From assembly GCA_013239625.1 (NCBI GenBank), contig MU053994.1, positions 3,765,898 to 3,818,912 of the forward strand: 53,015 bases of DNA. Reading direction: 5' to 3'. The notes beneath the pieces are model-generated. The model was given only the letters and a program-made list of their open reading frames with translations. It had not been told where the DNA came from and ran no database searches. This document shows, piece after piece, positions 35,223-47,518 of the stretch. This DNA comes from Lama guanicoe (taxonomy: Eukaryota). Positions within the stretch are counted from its first letter, which is position 1. Every line of letters starts with the position of its first letter. The translations under genes and the position numbers were made by a program.

Positions 35223-35425
35223 CACTGCTTGTCTTTTATTAAGAGCAAAGCAAACAGACCTCCAGCAGGGATGGTCTTATATTACAGGTTGTCTTTATGT
35301 TTCAGAGGAAGGGAAAACCTGTTCTCTTTCATTGTCTCTCACCAAGTCCTCTCCAAATCCCCTTTCTTCTGCCCTCCTTTCCCAGGACCCTGAACTCAAG
35401 AAGAGGCTGTGGGCCTAGACCACTT

Positions 35426-35851
35426 TGTTGACTTATCAGGAAAAATTGTGAAAGTCTTTGAAATGGGAAAAAATGAAAAAAATGGATGTCTTGTCTAGTG
35501 TACCTTTCATGGTTATCTCCACCACTCATTGTCTTTGAGCTTTTTTACAACTCTGTAAATTGCTGAAAACTGATAATAATGCAAATTACTTTTCCCATAG
35601 AAATGCAAATTAGTTGTGTCTGGTGGAATGCAATTGATTTTTGACTCATTTTGCATATATTTGTAATTTCATTTCAGCATCCCTTATCTGCCTACATATG
35701 TGTGGTACTTTGAATTCTCCTTGGAACAGGTTGTAATGTCTTACTGGTTCCCTCATTAATTAATGAGTTAAATAAAATCTTTGACATATGTTCATTTTGT
35801 ATCTGTAAGAGAGTCATGTTTATACCTTCTTTTCAAAATTACCCTTTAACA
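35426..35851 (-). mobile_element. ERV1 solo LTR, LTR37-like
   Basis: 426 bp bounded by TG...CA; reverse complement TGTTAAAGGGTAATTTTG...GACTCTCTTACAGATACAAAATGAACATATGTC...CTCATTAATTAATGAGGGAACCAGTAAG resembles recalled LTR37. Confidence 0.65.
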
Positions 35852-35983
35852 GATTCTTAGGCCTGGTTCTGTGCTAGTGTATTCTGATGTTCCTGATCCT
35901 CTTCACCCTCCACCAAACCTATTCCTTCGGAGTCTTTCATGCACTCTCTTGTACTTTGAGAAAACAACTTGAAAGACAATGTT

Positions 35984-36200
35984 AATAATAATAGTAATGG
36001 CAACACCATTTGCTGAGTGCTGCCTGGCCAGACACGTTACACACCTGACCCACTGAACCTTCCTAACCCCACCTTGTTGTAATGGAGGTGATTATACTCA
36101 TTTTACAAGTGTGAAAACAGGTTTGGTGTGATTTCCAAATTCGCATATCTGGAAAGTGGCATAGACTGGATCTGAGCTCAGGTCCAATTCCCAAGCCCAT
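35984..36200 (-). mobile_element. MIR SINE
   Basis: AATAATAATAG...CATTTGCTGAGTGC...CTCATTTTACAAGTGTGAAAACAGG...AAGTGGCATAGACTGGAT. Confidence 0.6.
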
Positions 36201-37829
36201 ATCTAATTCCCAATTTTCTGGGCGCAAGAGTTAATGGCTGTTGTGGCCATTATGCCATCTCTTTCTGGGACATTCACACATTAACAGAGAATTTTGAGAC
36301 CTAAACTTTAACCCCAAAAGATGAATCCCTAATAGTGGGACTTCAGATTCTTTTGGTGCTGTTGGTGCTGAGATGCTTCCTTAGGGGGTAAGTTCAATCA
36401 TCATGTACATTGTTCTTTGCCTGTTTAGCTTATGAGTCAAGCTAGCTCTGCCCTGAGAACAATGACTATCAGGGATAGTGGAAAGAGCTCTGGGGACTAG
36501 AGACCTGACTTGGAGTCCCAGCTCTCCTACTGACTAGCTATGGGACATACAGAAATAGGGCCAGGAACGTCTTTGTTGTTCATGACTCATCTCGTTGATG
36601 AAGAAATTGAGGGCCAAGAAAATGGCTGTGATTTTTCAGGGGGATCTGCTTGCTGAGACAGCACGTAGCTTGGGAAGGATTTAAGGGCGGTGATGAGGAT
36701 GCAAAGGGAGAGAGCCAAGGAAGTGGAGAGTGTGTCAGACTTGAACTTGGAAGACTGAGGTGTAGGGCTGACTCTGCTGTGTAATGTTGGATATGCTACT
36801 TTGGCTCTTTTCACCCAAGGGGTTTCATCTTTAAAATCAGGGATATATGGTTTCCAGGATCTTTCTAGCACTAAAAATCTTTAATTCTCTGAAGTGAATG
36901 CATTGCAGAGTTTATTATTGTTGACTGTATTCTTATTACCTGCGAAGAAAAGCCAGGTATCTCCTTTGTTCCACCACCTTAGTACTTGGAGTTTTCACGT
37001 AATTACCTTATTTCCTTCTTTTAATGATTTTTGAATTAATTCAGGAGAGTTTTCCATATATGTTTTAGAGATGAAGAAAGAGGCTGAGAGAGGTTCAGCA
37101 ATCTACCCAAATGCCATGTTTGACTTCCAGGGCCCCTACAAGTGGATTTTCGGAGGGAGGAGCTCCTACCTAGACAAGTTGGCATGTCAGAGGACTTGGG
37201 GCCTTAGGGAATTGCCAAGTCCTCAACACTATGATGAGAATGAAGCATGCCTTCTAAATGTAGTTTTAGTAACTTGCAAGTTAAAACACTTGAAAAAGTT
37301 ATTTGAAGGACTTCTCCAGCTAGGAAGGTCATAGTTGGCTTCATCTTAAAAATGGCAATATACCTGCCTTGCAAGGATGTTGTGAGGACTCAATGAGATA
37401 ATGTGGACAAAACATCTCAGACCCTGTGGGACACACATTGGACACACCCAAAGATTAGCTTTCTAGAGTTATTACTCTAAATTAGGTATTATTCTTAGTA
37501 TTGTTGTATTGTAGGTACTACTATTCAGACATCTTGAAAGAGATCTGCTTATGATACCTATCAATGAGGCTGCCTTTGTCAATAGGCATTCAGTTCCAGC
37601 ACTCTATATCAATACAATAGCCCTATAAATGTAACTCACTTATCTCTAATTTAAAATCAAATAAAACTCCTCTGGAGGAAAACAATCACCGAATAGCATA
37701 GAGAGTACAAACACAGTGATCGACTTGGGCAAGAGGCGCATCTGTCTCTTTAATTTAAGCTGTTGGGTTTGATGGAGTGTTTTCAGCCTGCAGGACTTCC
37801 CAGAACCATAGAGTTTTTTTAAACTACTT

Positions 37830-38305
37830 TTCTTTTTTTAGCATAAAACTAATACATTCACACAGTAAATATGTCAAGCAGACTAGGACTTTATAGAATG
37901 AAAACTGCTGTGTAGACTATTTTTTCTTTAATCCTCACCCTACCCTTCAGAAATAATCCTTTTAGTCATTTTTGGAATCCGTCTAAAATTTTTTGATGCA
38001 CATATAAGTATATTTATCTCTATATCTCCTTTGAAAAAATGCTAATAGAATCATATTGTTCCATGCCTTGTTTTTTCTCTTAATAATGGATCATGAAGAT
38101 TATTCTATATCAGCTCATCTTTACACATTTTGTTCTTTGAAACAATGACATAGTATTATGGGTATGAATATACCATAATTTATTTAATCTGTCCCTTCTT
38201 GTTGGCTACCTAGGCTAGTTCCCCTTTTTCTTCAAGTACAAACCATACAAGCAATGAATAGCCCAATAATGTATTTGCACAGTTGTGGGGGTATCACTAG
38301 GGTTG
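37830..38305 (-). mobile_element. L1ME4-like old LINE-1 3' UTR
   Basis: TAAAACTAATACATTCAC...CTTGTTTTTTCTCTTAATAAT...ATACCATAATTTATTTAA...GCAATGAATA. Confidence 0.6.
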
Positions 38306-38824
38306 TATGTGGACTCACATTGGGCTGCCAGTCATTATGGGATGTGTTGGGAGCTTGAAGGTGCCAAAAGGACCAACTGTAACTCTTTACCATGATGTTT
38401 ACACCTTGACCAAAAGCAGTGACTAATGGAAAGAATATTAAAGATCACTTCACTCATCTTATTAACATGCAAATATTTATCAGGCTCTCTTCCCCAAATG
38501 GACTATGTCATTAAGCCAGTATGGGTCACAACATTACAGTAAAACAAAAGAAGGGGTTTGAAAGGGCTCTTGTAAAGTCAAAAGTGCTATCCAGGTGCCA
38601 GTTCTATTCTGATCAGCATTATGGTACTGGTTATTAGGGTGTTCTACTGAGGTAGGGCTCACCACAACCCAAAGCCAAGTCCTCTTTGCTCCATTCCTCT
38701 CCCTCAACCTTATCAATTTTTTATTGAATATGCTGTTTCTCCTTCACAGTTCATCTGGTTCCTTCCATACCCTTCACCTTCCTAGTACTTTCTTTCAATA
38801 GGCCATCACATCTGACAATAGGGA

Positions 38825-39068
38825 AGCCCTTACTGTGTGCTAGGTATTGTATTAGGAGTCTTATATACATTTTCCCATGTAATCCTCTCAACAGCTCTGT
38901 GAGGTAGGTACCATATTCACTTTTTTATAGGATGACGATGAGGATGTGGGGGCTCAAATAGGATAAGTGACATACCCAAGATCACACAGCCCGTATTTGG
39001 TGACCTAGAATTGAAACGTAGATCTAATGAACCCCAAAGGCTATGCCTTTACTTCTATATCAACTGCC
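38825..39068 (-). mobile_element. MIR SINE
   Basis: CTTACTGTGTGCTAGG...TAATCCTCTCAACAGCTCTGTGAGGTAGGTA...CCCAAGATCACACAGC. Confidence 0.75.
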
Positions 39069-39329
39069 TGCACACTGGTCTCTGAGTCTCAGTTTTCCTC
39101 CTTTAGTTAATTCTGCTGGCCATTGCTAGATTAGGCCCCACCAAATATAACTTAAACATCACACTTTTCTACTCAAAAGCCTATAAAAAACCTACTTCCC
39201 AAAGACTTGTTAAGCTTCTTAATGAAATGGAAATGTTAACCTTGAGCTCTGAACCCTACTTAAATTTCCAGGAATGTTGACTACATGTGCTTGCCCCTCT
39301 GTAGTCACAGGGGAAAGAGTTTATGCGGG

Positions 39330-39450
39330 AGAGTCAGACTGACCTGAGCTCCCGTCCCTACTCTACCACTTATTAGCTGTGTGTGACCTTGCGTAAGAGG
39401 TAACCTCTCTATATGTCCATTTCCTCATCTGTCAAATGGAGATAACATAC
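39330..39450 (+). mobile_element. MIR SINE
   Basis: GAGTCAGACTGACCTG...CTCTACCACTTATTAGCTGTGTGTGACCTTG...TTTCCTCATCTGTCAAATGGAGATAA. Confidence 0.75.
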
Positions 39451-40824
39451 TTACATTATCTCAAATCCTTACAACATTTAAGGAAAGGGCCAGGGAGCTA
39501 TTTTTATTACCTGTGTCTGTACCTAGCCCAGTCCTCTGCACTTACTGGGTGATCAGTGACAGCTACTTGAATGAAGAGATTGAATGAAAGGTTTGTTAAG
39601 CTGGGCAAGGCAGACTTCAGCAAGGGACCAGCTTGAGGGTGGGGATGATGTGTATTTGCCTGCTAGAGGGGCTGTGATGAGGAAGAAGATGTGAAAAAGA
39701 GGGGAGTCCCCAAGAAAATACCTTTTTGAATAGAACATCTGTCAAAGATTATGCCTGACCCCCAATGGAGAGGCAGGGAAGTCTAAGGAAAAGGCATTGA
39801 GGTACTTATCTCCTCCTCTCCATCAGAGGGTACTTGGGCTAATTTCTTTGTACTGATCAGATGAGTGAAGTGAGACACAATCTACATCCTACAATCCCCA
39901 TGACATAGAAAATGCACGGCTAAAGTCTCAACACTATAGAGTATTAGAGTTTGATATCCTCAAAAGGGAAGATATATTAAAGGTATGCTACTATTTAGAG
40001 GATTTTGACTGATGTTCACTGTAGTTTCTTTGCATTCTCTGAAGGCCTTTATTTGCTCACCCCAGAATATGTTTATTGTAGTTTTAGATTGACCATTTTA
40101 AAGTCACCTGGATTTGATGCTTCATGAGAGTGGGGGAACAAAACAGAACAACCTCTGGGAAATACATTCTCACTAATGTAGAATTGCAAATTGTACTTTG
40201 TGTTATTATTTCACAGCTGGGTCAGCTTAATGTTTGCAAAAATTTAAATTTCTCTACATTGCTCTTTTAGATTTTTGACTCTGGGAGTCACAGTGTAAAA
40301 TGGAGTGAGAGGCAATGTGGCCTAGAGAAACAGAGTTAAGGAATAAAACAAAGAAAACTAAGAATGTTTGTAAAATATGTAAGTACGTTCAAATTCAAAT
40401 GGTATTTTAGAAATAAGTAGGTTTAACCATATGAGGAATAAGACAGATTTGTGCAGAAAAGTAAAACAAAAATACAAAAATAGTGAAGAAATAGATCTGT
40501 TCATTTAACATCCCTTGGTGTAAGTGTTTGGTTTTCTTGCATAATTTAGATACAAAAGCATAATATGTTTTATTCAATCTTGAAAGAAAACCAAATGGCA
40601 TTAGGGTTCTCCCCAAGGAGGGACTTCAAGGGCATCAAAGGAGTTGGCCCAGGACTTACCGCCACAGGATAATAAGACGGTCCCATTGTGTGTATGTGTG
40701 TGGCTGGGGAGGGGATGAGAGGAGTATAGAGTGCTCCTGGGCAGTGATGGTGGAAACTGGGTGAAGTCAAGACAGGGAAGAAAAGAGAGGGTTTTTTGGT
40801 TTTGTTTATGTATGCATATGTAAC

Positions 40825-40853
40825 ATATATATATATATACATATATATATATG
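40825..40853. repeat. (TA)n microsatellite, interrupted
   Basis: CATATATATATATATACATATATATATATG. Confidence 0.85.
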
Positions 40854-40966
40854 TTCCTAGTTTTTTTTTTTTTAGAGCATCTGGGTGTTCTGCAAATGAA
40901 GTGTTTCTCTCATTTATAAATAATTAGATGTTGGCAGTTTTGTATTTCCCCCACTTTGTCTATATG

Positions 40967-41141
40967 CAGTGGATCTCGACCTTAGCTGCACATTAGAATC
41001 ACTTAGGGAAGTTTTATAAAATAGGTTGCCTTACTATAGATCAGTTAAATCAGAAATTCTGGGAGGTGGAACCTGGGCATCCATGTTTTTTTTTTTAAAG
41101 CTTCCCAAGCTATTCTGATACACAGTGAAAGTTAACCATTG
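40967..41141. mobile_element. MER5B-like MITE
   Basis: CAGTGGATCTCGACCTTAGCTGCACATTAGAATCAC...AAATCAGAA...CTGGGCATC...AACCATTG. Confidence 0.75.
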
Positions 41142-41264
41142 GCCCAGAAGTATTGCTTTAAGTGCCGTGCTCATAACTTCAATTAGGTTTGTAGCCAGCA
41201 ACCTGCTTCTGGAACTGAAGGGTTCTTGGTGGCCATAAAGACTTGGTACAGTCTTTATATTACA

Positions 41265-41440
41265 GCTGCATATAGGTTTTGGTGACCCAGGTAGGAATCC
41301 TGCTTCTATTGCTTACTACAGGTGAGGTCTTGAGCAAGTTGTATGCTTATCTGAACCTCAGTTGTTTCACTTGTAAATTGGAGATAACATCCTCTTAACA
41401 ATGTCATTGAGAGGATTAAGCCAGGGAATGTGTATATTAA
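41265..41440 (+). mobile_element. MIR SINE
   Basis: GAATCCTGCTTCT...TTGAGCAAGTT...CTGAACCTCAGTT...TGTAAATTGGAGATAA...TGAGAGGATTAA. Confidence 0.65.
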
Positions 41441-41909
41441 CAAATTATGTACTACAAATCACCATTTATTCAAAATTTTCCATTTGTTCATTAGGCTCTT
41501 CCCCACAAAAACCTACTAAAGATGTTTAAAACATTCATCAAATCTACAGACACAAAACTGGGATTATAGCTAATATAAGAGATGTTAAAAATCAAGATTC
41601 AACAAAGATTTTGACAGGCCAGAAGGATGGTCAACACTTGCAGGATAAATGTGGGACTTGAACTTAAAATTTAATAAAAAAAATAAATACAGGGCCATGA
41701 TTTATACCAGGAAAGGATATGAAAGTAGTTCCTGTGTAAAATGTCTGGGAGTTTCACTGACAACAAATTTAATAAGAGGCTGCTGTATAGTGTGACTCTT
41801 AAGAAAGCTGATGTGGTTGGAGGTTGAATGAAGAGAAATGTAGGATGCAGGTCTCATGTGGCCACAGACAATCTGGGTCCTGCCCTGGACTAAATCCCAT
41901 TTTTGAAAG

Positions 41910-42332
41910 CTCATTTATTTATACAACAACATTTACTAAAAACCTACTATGTACCAGGCCCTGTTCTAGGCTCTGGGGCTACAACCTCTTTGCCCCCTTT
42001 TAGTTTAAACTCTAAGGGAGTGGGAGCAAGGAAACAGTACACAAATAGATAATGTATATGAGCTGTTAGAAAGAGATGGGAGCTTTGGAAAAAAATAAAC
42101 ACAGAACAGGGAAACGTAGTGCCGTAAGTCCAAGGGGTTATTGGCAATTTTAAATAGGGTGGCAGGGGATGGCTTCTTTGAAAAAGTGACTTCTGGGCAA
42201 AGATTTCAGGGCAGTATAGAACAAGAGAGGTGGGTATCTGGGGGAAGAGTACTCCAGGCAGAGGGAACCACAAGAGCAAAGACCTCGATGGGGGAATGTG
42301 CTTGTCTTATTCAAGAAAAATGAAAGAAGCCC
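41910..42332 (-). mobile_element. L2a-like LINE 3' end
   Basis: CAACATTTACTAAAAACCTACTATGTACCAGGCCCTGTTCTAGG...ATTTTAAATAGGGTGG...CCAGGCAGAGGGAAC. Confidence 0.8.
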
Positions 42333-42986
42333 TAATTGAAATATTGTGTTCAGTCCTAGGCCTAGTCTTTACTCTTTTTAGCTGAGTATAAAAAGTAAAG
42401 TATTTGGAAACAAAGTATGTGAAAAATACAAAAAATTTTGAAGACAGTGCAAATCACCCACTATTCAAGTATTCTTGACATTTTGGCATATTTTCCTTCC
42501 GGCTTATAAGTAGACTGACATGCAGAAGTAGCAGAAAATAGCAAAATTGAATTGAAATTTATTTTTTAGGGGCTCTCTAGGGCTCCATTTCTAGTTCTAG
42601 TGACTCAATTCTTCATTCCAAGTGTGTGGTATTGAAATTTGGGCCTCAGCATACTTTAAAATTACTACAGGTCAAATCTAGCCTTTGAAGTTCGTTTCAC
42701 ATAGTTGAAATCATCGATGTTTATGCTATAGATCCTCTACATTTAGGGTTTATAATTTTTTAAGTATTTGCCACTTTGGCAGATGAAAAATGCCCTGTTA
42801 CTTGCAGCTTTCATTACTCTTGGCATTGAGCATTCTTTCCTATGTTTATTGAGCATTTGTAATTCTTCTGTGATTTTCCTGCTTACCAATAACCCTTTAT
42901 AAAGTATGGCACCTAAACTAGAGTGTTTCTAGAAGATGCTGTGCTGAATGGAGAAGACTCATTTCATTCTAGGTTGTAACCTTCAA

Positions 42987-43519
42987 TGGTATGTTGTTAC
43001 CAAAAATGGCTGTAACAATTCCTTCCGGGCACATGCCCTTTTGCAATATGACTTTATCCCTCCTCCTCCTAACAAGTAGAATTGATTTTCTCTCCCTTGA
43101 ATTTTGGCTGGCCCTGTGACTTGCTTTGACCAAGAGAATGTGGCAGAGGTGACAACAGGACTTCTCAGCATAAGACTTGAAAGGCCTTGTGGCTCCTAAT
43201 TTTGCCCTTTTGGTTGATAATCACCACAAAATGAAACTCAGGCTGGATGACTGAATGATGAGAGACCAAATGAAGAGAGAGAAGCCATGTGGAAGAGAAC
43301 CCAAGTCCCTACCCAATACATAGCATCAAGGCTGTGGATACGTGAAACGATCTATCTTGGATCCTCCAGGCTCTGTGAAGTCACATGGAACAATGATGAG
43401 CTCTCTGGTTGACCTGTCCACATTCCTGACCCACAGAATTTTGAGCAATAAAATGGTTGTTGTTTTTAGCCACTAAGTTTTGGGGTAGTTAGTTACCCCA
43501 GCCATAGGTAATTTATACA
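42987..43519 (+). mobile_element. MaLR solo LTR, MLT1G/H-like
   Basis: CAAAAATGGC...TGCCCTTTTGCAATATGACTTT...GGCCCTGTGACTTGCTTTGACCAA...ATTCCTGACCCACAGAAT...GCCACTAAGTTTTGGGGT. Confidence 0.8.
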
Positions 43520-45279
43520 TAGCAAATGTGGAAACATGGAATTCTTATTGTCCTCATTTGAAGTGCTGTCACAGAAGCAGGAATAGACTTGTTCTATATT
43601 GCTCTAAAGAGCAGAACTAGAACCCCTGCCCCAGGGTGGAGGTCGCATGGAGGCAAGTTTTTAGCTGGATTCAGTAAATGACAATAAGTACATGTCAACA
43701 ATGGAATGGGTTATTTTGTGAGGTAGTGAGCTAACTGTCCCTGAAGGTATTTCTAGAGACGCTGGACAACCATTTATCAGAGATACCATAATGGAGATGA
43801 GTTACTGGGAGGTTGAACTACATGATCTGTAAAGTCTCTTCAAATCTTATGACTTCAGTAGTGGATGAAGGGGAAGGGAAACTGTTTAGAAGCTAGAATT
43901 TGTAGTCAATAATTATTGCTAAATGGTTACTTAGAGATGGGCTTTCAGTTTATGGAGTATCTTTTTTTCTCTCTTAGATTCTTTTTCTGTTGAATTTTTA
44001 ATGAGGAGATCAAAATAAAGATAATGGTGAAAATATTGGGAAGCCTTAATTGTCATAAACATGGCAATTTGGGGTAATTCAGTGGATCTAGTACTTTCTC
44101 TTTTCTACATCTCTCATCTTTCCTACATCATCTGCATCTTCCTACATCTTTCTTTCTTTTTGAGAATCCAGTGGCAGGAGTTGTGCCTTTCCCCACACTT
44201 CACCTCCACTTTCACATGGAAGATTCCTTCTATGAACTTAAGTTCTATAAAGACAGAAGAATTCTTGAATGATAATAATGGTGGGCCTTTGAGTGCATAA
44301 TAGTCTTGTGGACTATCCATCTATGTTACAAATGAAAGACTAAATTTTGCTAGCCAGGAAATCATAGGTGCCCTTTCTGATACTTTCAGAATTTTCCTCC
44401 ATTCTTCTTTCCCTTCCCTTCTCATTGCTACAGATCCTTCAGAACACAGGAAGAAGAAAATGCTTGAACAGAGTTCCATGAGCTAGGTATTCATAAGTCG
44501 TAAGTCAGAGGCTCCCTGTACCTGTACATGGCATGCTAGAAGAAATCTATAATTGTGGTTAAAATAGTCAGATGGAAACTATAAACTCTAAAGAGATTTC
44601 TTTGGCTCATACAAATCTGGGAGTTTGGCTTCTACAACTTTGGGACATGAAATGGAGAAAATAAATTATTTCTTAACTCTAAGTAATGAGAGAATTTCAC
44701 CCATACTTTGATCTTCCAAGACAGTGGCAATAGCATAAAATTTGGAGCCTGCCCACAAGGTTAGAAGTATATGAGGAAGCTACAAATTTGACAGTTCTTA
44801 CAATTCGTAGCTTATATTGAGAGTGGGTAGAAAAGTGGGATATATAATTATTTTCAGAATGGGACTAGGTAAAAGTAATGTCCTCATTGGAGTTATTTAG
44901 GTTTGAACTCCATAATTTACTGTAGTGAATAGTAGAGTATTAAGAGTAGGGGCTTCCTCCTTTTGGTCAAGCCTAATGAAGGGCTCTTCTGCAGGATCAC
45001 TCAGAGGGTCTGATGTGTGTTTCATTCAGCTAGGAACATAGTGTCTGAGGCCTGACCCTCACCTGAGAAAGCTGGAGCTGCCTGCAGTGTCAAAATAGAG
45101 GTGGCTATGCTTTCCTATCAAGGTTTTTGGTAGGGCAAGGGATGGGACAGGGTTTCTGAGGATCCAGACAGATGTGGGCTGTTTGGCAGAGAGAGCTAGC
45201 ATGAGGTCTTCCAGTATTTTTTCCAATAGGGAGAACTCAGCAGCAGCAACTCAGTTTTACATACTAATATTAAACTTTT

Positions 45280-45405
45280 CTTGGAGGGCAGGTAATTAGG
45301 TTTATTTATTCATTCATTTATTTTTTAATGGAGGTACTGAGGATTGAACCCAGGACATCATGCATGCTAAGCATGCTCTCTACCACTGAGCTATACCCTC
45401 CCTCC
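45280..45405 (-). mobile_element. tRNA-Ala-derived SINE (camelid Vic-1-like), long form
   Basis: GGTAATTAGGTTTATTTATT...AATGGAGGTACTGAGGATTGAACCCAGG...CTCTACCACTGAGCTATACCCTCCC; flanking direct repeat TAAACTTTT at 45271-45279 and 45411-45419. Confidence 0.88.
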
Positions 45406-45997
45406 TAAAGTAAACTTTTAAACTTAGTTATAAGCATGCATTTTGAACTTTTATTATAATCATGCAAGTGAAGGAAGAGGCCCTTTATGGACCAATTTGA
45501 AGATTTACTTTTGGTAGGGATATTTTATAGGAAAAGAGAGTGGTTACATAATATTTTTTGGTACAAAATACAATGACTGGCTGGGTTAAGATCACTAGAC
45601 TCTTGACTTATATTTGGCTACCAGTCAACTGGGTAGGTGAGTAATTAGTTTCCTAGAACTAAGACTTAATTCCATTTAGTTTGTTAGGAAATTGATTAAG
45701 CATTTTTCAGGAAGGAAGGTATGAATTATATCCTGTAAAAAAAATCTGTCCCAGACCAGGCTTGAATTAATTTTTCTTCTACTTGTGATTCTTAGTGACT
45801 AAGGAAGTAAATATAAATGACCATGGAGTTCAGAGATATTATCTGAAGGAGATGAACTCTGGGGAGAGTTGCCTAGTGACTACACTTTCTGAAGATGTCA
45901 TAAAAGAAAGAGTAATTTTCAAACATCTGCCAGGACCAGAGAGCAGAGAGCCAGTTGTTTAAATCAGATTTTCCTACTCTCACCTGCCACCACCATA

Positions 45998-46483
45998 GCT
46001 CCAAATATGGCTGCCAACAATTCCTCCCATCTTTGTACACACTTCTAGCTCTGCTTACCAGGAGGTGGAGTCTGTCTCTCTCTTTGAATCTGGGCTGGCC
46101 TTGTGACTTGCTTTGGCCACTAATATATGGCAGAGTTGACTCTTAGCCATTAAAAGGACTGATTGTTTGGACTTTCTTTTAGAAGTCTGAAGTCAGGTGA
46201 AAAGTCTGAGTGTCCTGAGGCCACCATGCTTTGAGGAAGCCCAGGCTAGCCACATGGAGAGGTCATGTAGATGAGACATATCCCTGGCCAGCCCCCTCCT
46301 ATTGCAGTTCTGTCAGCTGAAGTGTCATCTTGAATGTTCTAGCCTCAGCAGATTCCACAGGAAGTAAATCTGCCCAGGTTAACCTAGCCCAGACTGCAGA
46401 ATTACAGCTATAAGTCATTGTTGTTTTTAGCCAGTAAGTTTGGAGTGTTTTTTTTTTCAGTGCAGCAAAAGATAACTGAAACA
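45998..46483 (+). mobile_element. MaLR solo LTR, MLT1G/H-like
   Basis: ATGGCTGCCAACAATTCCTCCCATC...TGAATCTGGGCTGGCCTTGTGACTTGCTTTGGCCA...GAGGAAGCCCAGGCTAGCCACATGGAGAGG...GATAACTGAAACA. Confidence 0.8.
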
Positions 46484-47518
46484 GCCACCCAGGAGGAGCT
46501 GGAACTTGGACAGTCTGCTTATCAGGGGTGGGAGGCAAGAGAGGTGAAATGTAAAATAGAAAAGTAGACCATAAGTCAACCATGCACACCTTCCTTCTGT
46601 AGGATTCCAATCTGAAGCTTCAGCTGGGAAAGAAAAAAGTTACAACGCTAAATCCTGTTTTAGAATGGACATTCTAATTTCTGAATTGAGAGTGTTTGGG
46701 GGTGCAAAGTGAGCATAGGACTGTCTTTTACCTAAGAGTGAGCAGAAAATTCATGAGCCTGCAAGCGTTTTCATTCAGGGGCAGGGAAAGTAATCCCACT
46801 GAATGAACATTAAAGAGATAGTGTGAGGACAAGATAACAGTAAAGTTGAATTTTCATTAATTCATGAATTACGGTTGATCAAACTATACTGATCACTCTG
46901 TACATGGCCAGGAGACCAACAGCTCCTTTCTGAGGGAGAAGCTTACTTTTCCTGAGTCTAAGACACGACCCTAATTTCTTGGCAGCCCTGGGCTCCTAAC
47001 AATCATTCTGAATTCTGTGGCTGTTGCTCTTTCTAACCCCTCAACTTTGACCCCCAAAGGAAAGCTCTCCCTTTTCTTGATTTCCCCAAAGCATCATCCA
47101 CCCAAGGCAGTTTTGTGTAGCAGACTTTTGAGGATGTCAGTCACCATAGCAAACAAGTTAAGATTGACTATTAACAAATCCATATTTTCAGAAGTCTTTG
47201 GGCCAGTGAGAAATTCCCAGTGGCTGCTTCTTACCTTGAATATTCTCCTGCCTCTCCTCTCTGGCATCCAGCCTCTGAACACCCCCATTTCTATTAATTT
47301 CTATAGCAGAAGAGTTGAGCTCCTCTCACATGCCTCAAAGTACCTTTCAGCCTACCTTAGCCACATCCTGAAACTCTAACACTCTAAGGCACTCTTGGCA
47401 CACACGTGACATGCACACCATCTTAGGCTCATGATAGTGACCAACTAACATTTATTGCTGTTCCCAAAGGGCCAGGCTTACATTTTAAGTCATAAAAATT
47501 TACATAATATGGACATTA

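Larger units (their letters stand above)
41531..43857 (+). mobile_element. L3/CR1 LINE (RT C-terminal region to 3' end) split into pieces ~41531-41905, ~42338-42370, ~42895-42960, ~43545-43857
   Basis: ATCAAATCTACAGACACAAAACTGGGA (IKSTDTKLG vs CR1 IKFADDTKLG), AAGATTTTGACAGG, TATTGTGTTCAG, AAACTAGAG, GACTTGTTCT...GCAGAACTAG, TGGAATGGG...GTGAGGTAGTGAGC, GGAGGTTGAACTACATGATC in CR1 order. Confidence 0.7.
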
